Shown: piece by piece, positions 62,279-64,000 of the stretch
How positions within the stretch are numbered: position 1 is the first letter of the stretch
Layout of the letters: the number at the start of each line of letters is the position of its first letter
Origin: a virus
IMG/VR virus record: IMGVR_UViG_3300008114_000040
Coordinates: 1-64,000 of that record
Direction: 5' to 3' (one strand)
Length of the DNA stretch: 64,000 nucleotides
Notes under the pieces: generated by a model
Database searches by the model: none
What the model was told of the DNA's origin: nothing
Seen by the model: only the letters and a program-made list of their open reading frames with translations
Position numbers and translations under genes: made by a program

Positions 62279-64000
62279 TTAACCGGTAGTTATTGCGTTG
62301 ATTAATTTTTCGGAGTAACCTTTACTTAATCTTTCATTAACTGTCGCCATAATCGTGTTTTTAAGTTCTGGTGTGTCAATTATTTTGGTTAATAAGTCAT
62401 TTGGTATGTTTGATTCTATTTTAAGGTTCACATCAGTTGAACCTTCTATTTTAAGAGTATTAATTTTTTCTTCTTTTTTTGTTTCAATTTTAGATATTTC
62501 ATTTATATCTTTTTGTATTGTTTCGTTTAAAATTGGAGTTATCTCTTGTATTTTTTTTGTGTCTATTTCCACACCCAGATTATCTACTTTTTCTTTAATT
62601 TTTTCTGGTTCCATACCAGTATTTTCTAATAATTTTTTACTATCTTCTTTAATTTTTGAAACTGTTTTTTCTAAATCTTCTAACGCAACATCTGGTTTCC
62701 CTTTTAGTACATCAGCTAACACTATAACCGCACCTTCAATGGTTTTAAAACCAATTTTAGCTGTTTCTACAAATATATTTAAACCCTTATTAAGTTCTTC
62801 GCTTTTTAAAGCACCAACCAATGTATTATTTACTGTTTGAATTGTAGTAACGTATGCCTCCATTTCGGCACCAACAACTTTACCAATACCTTCTTTTAGT
62901 TTATCATAACCGAATTTTTCTTCTTCAGCTCGTATTTTATTCGCTTCAATAATTTGGTCTTTTAAAGAAAGTTCACCCCCTTTACTAACTAAAGCAGATC
63001 TAACACCTTGCAAAGAAATATCTCTTAATGAATTGTTTATATTATTTAATACACTTAGTTGGTCTAAAGCCACTTGTTTTGCATCTTTACCAGCATCTTC
63101 TTGAGCTTTTTCTAAAGCTTTCATTGCCTTTGAGTTATCTTTTAATTCGTTAACATCCAGTAATTGGTCAGTACCCGGAATTCTAACTTTAACCTCACCA
63201 CCTTTACCAATTTCAGCAAAAGCACCAATTAAATTTTTTTGTTCTTCTGTAAAACCTTCAGTATTTATTCTTGAAAATATTTCTTGTTCTTTTTTGAATT
63301 TTATGGCTGATTTCATATAGTCGTCAGCTGATATACCCATAGCAGTTGCAGTTTCTTTCATATTTCTTCTCATTTCTGGAGAAATACTAAACTCACCTGT
63401 TGTTTTGTTAAAATCAACCATAGACGCTGACGCTTTACCTATTTGATTTTGTAATTCTCCAACATCACTTTGCGCCAAATTAATTAATTGAAATGGATCA
63501 CCTAATGCTCCGATATTACCACCTAACATTTGAATTGAAGATGCCATCTCAATCGCACCTTCCGGATCAAAAGCTTTTTCTGCGGCGTTTTGAGCCATTT
63601 CCATACTAATACCAAGTCTTTGGGCTTGTGCTGCCATTTTTGTTAAACCATCAATACCATCTTTAAAACCATACGCTTGAGCTTTAAATATGTTTTCAGA
63701 AACCGTTTTGGTTAGTTTACCAGCATCAATACCATACTTTCTAGCGGTATCAAAAGTTTTTGTAAGTTTTTCGGTTGCTACATCTTGAGATAATCCCATA
63801 CTGGCAAAACTACCATACATCTTACCCATTTCAGCAGCGGATACACCCATCGCTTTACCCAAAATGATGGCTTGTTCTGTATTTTTTTCACTTAGTGGTA
63901 CAACACGACCTAGTTCTCCGGCCATTGAAGATAGAAAGTCGGCAGTATCTTTATATTGAAATCCAAGTTCAATATTTTTTTCATACAATCCAACAATTAA
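62279..64000 (-). CDS. Tail tape measure protein (5' part outside window)
   Basis: Long Ala/Lys/Glu-rich helical protein (GLTKMAAQAQRLGISME..., FDPEGAIEMASSIQMLGG, MKETATAMGIS). The frame is open to the window edge; position upstream of the baseplate genes fits. Confidence 0.75.
   Translation of the reverse strand, partial: LIVGLYEKNIELGFQYKDTADFLSSMAGELGRVVPLSEKNTEQAIILGKAMGVSAAEMGKMYGSFASMGLSQDVATEKLTKTFDTARKYGIDAGKLTKTVSENIFKAQAYGFKDGIDGLTKMAAQAQRLGISMEMAQNAAEKAFDPEGAIEMASSIQMLGGNIGALGDPFQLINLAQSDVGELQNQIGKASASMVDFNKTTGEFSISPEMRRNMKETATAMGISADDYMKSAIKFKKEQEIFSRINTEGFTEEQKNLIGAFAEIGKGGEVKVRIPGTDQLLDVNELKDNSKAMKALEKAQEDAGKDAKQVALDQLSVLNNINNSLRDISLQGVRSALVSKGGELSLKDQIIEANKIRAEEEKFGYDKLKEGIGKVVGAEMEAYVTTIQTVNNTLVGALKSEELNKGLNIFVETAKIGFKTIEGAVIVLADVLKGKPDVALEDLEKTVSKIKEDSKKLLENTGMEPEKIKEKVDNLGVEIDTKKIQEITPILNETIQKDINEISKIETKKEEKINTLKIEGSTDVNLKIESNIPNDLLTKIIDTPELKNTIMATVNERLSKGYSEKLINAITTG

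Noticed and set aside
1036-62840. Other short plus-strand and alternative-frame ORFs in the track
   Set aside because: All are nested in long minus-strand genes with recognisable motifs; expected by chance from codon bias.
1-64000. Eukaryotic giant virus origin (eukaryote-like RNR, GT60/GT34, PT repeats); tRNA/rRNA genes
   Set aside because: Baseplate gp6/gp25, tape measure, gp32-like SSB, bacterial-type promoter/terminators and overlapping operonic genes indicate a tailed bacteriophage. Intergenic gaps are short and AT-rich, and no tRNA-like structure was seen.

Overview
This window is a 64-kb, very AT-rich segment of a large myovirus (contractile-tail, jumbo-phage-like). The host is probably a Bacteroidota member, inferred from SprB-type repeats, a eukaryote-like class Ia ribonucleotide reductase and a Bacteroidota-type promoter. 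Essentially every real gene is on the minus strand, tightly packed, in the standard genetic code. In transcription order (right to left) there are four blocks. (1) Tape measure and tail/baseplate hub genes (48.9-64 kb). (2) A replication/recombination block bounded by terminators (37-48.8 kb): SSB, RecA/UvsX, a small RHH-like regulator, an intein-containing C5 DNA methyltransferase, 5'-3' exonuclease, an intein-containing DnaB helicase, nrdB and nrdA. (3) Baseplate wedge genes and a long run of Thr/Gly/Cys-rich fibre/appendage genes (2.4-36.9 kb). (4) RuvC-like resolvase, primase and a PD-(D/E)XK exonuclease (0-2.4 kb). The most striking element is inside the fibre block. A GT60-like polypeptide GlcNAc-transferase and a double-domain GT34-like glycosyltransferase sit among virion proteins carrying mucin-like (Pro-Thr)n tracts, and are bracketed by a duplicated adaptor+fibre cassette. 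This is a candidate phage-encoded mucin-type O-glycosylation system for virion appendages. Other notable items are a class 3 (Ala-start, W-C-T) intein in DnaB, an intein whose +1 residue is the MTase catalytic Cys, two apparently frameshift-split tail genes and a recurrent TATTTAT motif upstream of starts. All functional calls come from motif recognition by eye; no database searches were run.
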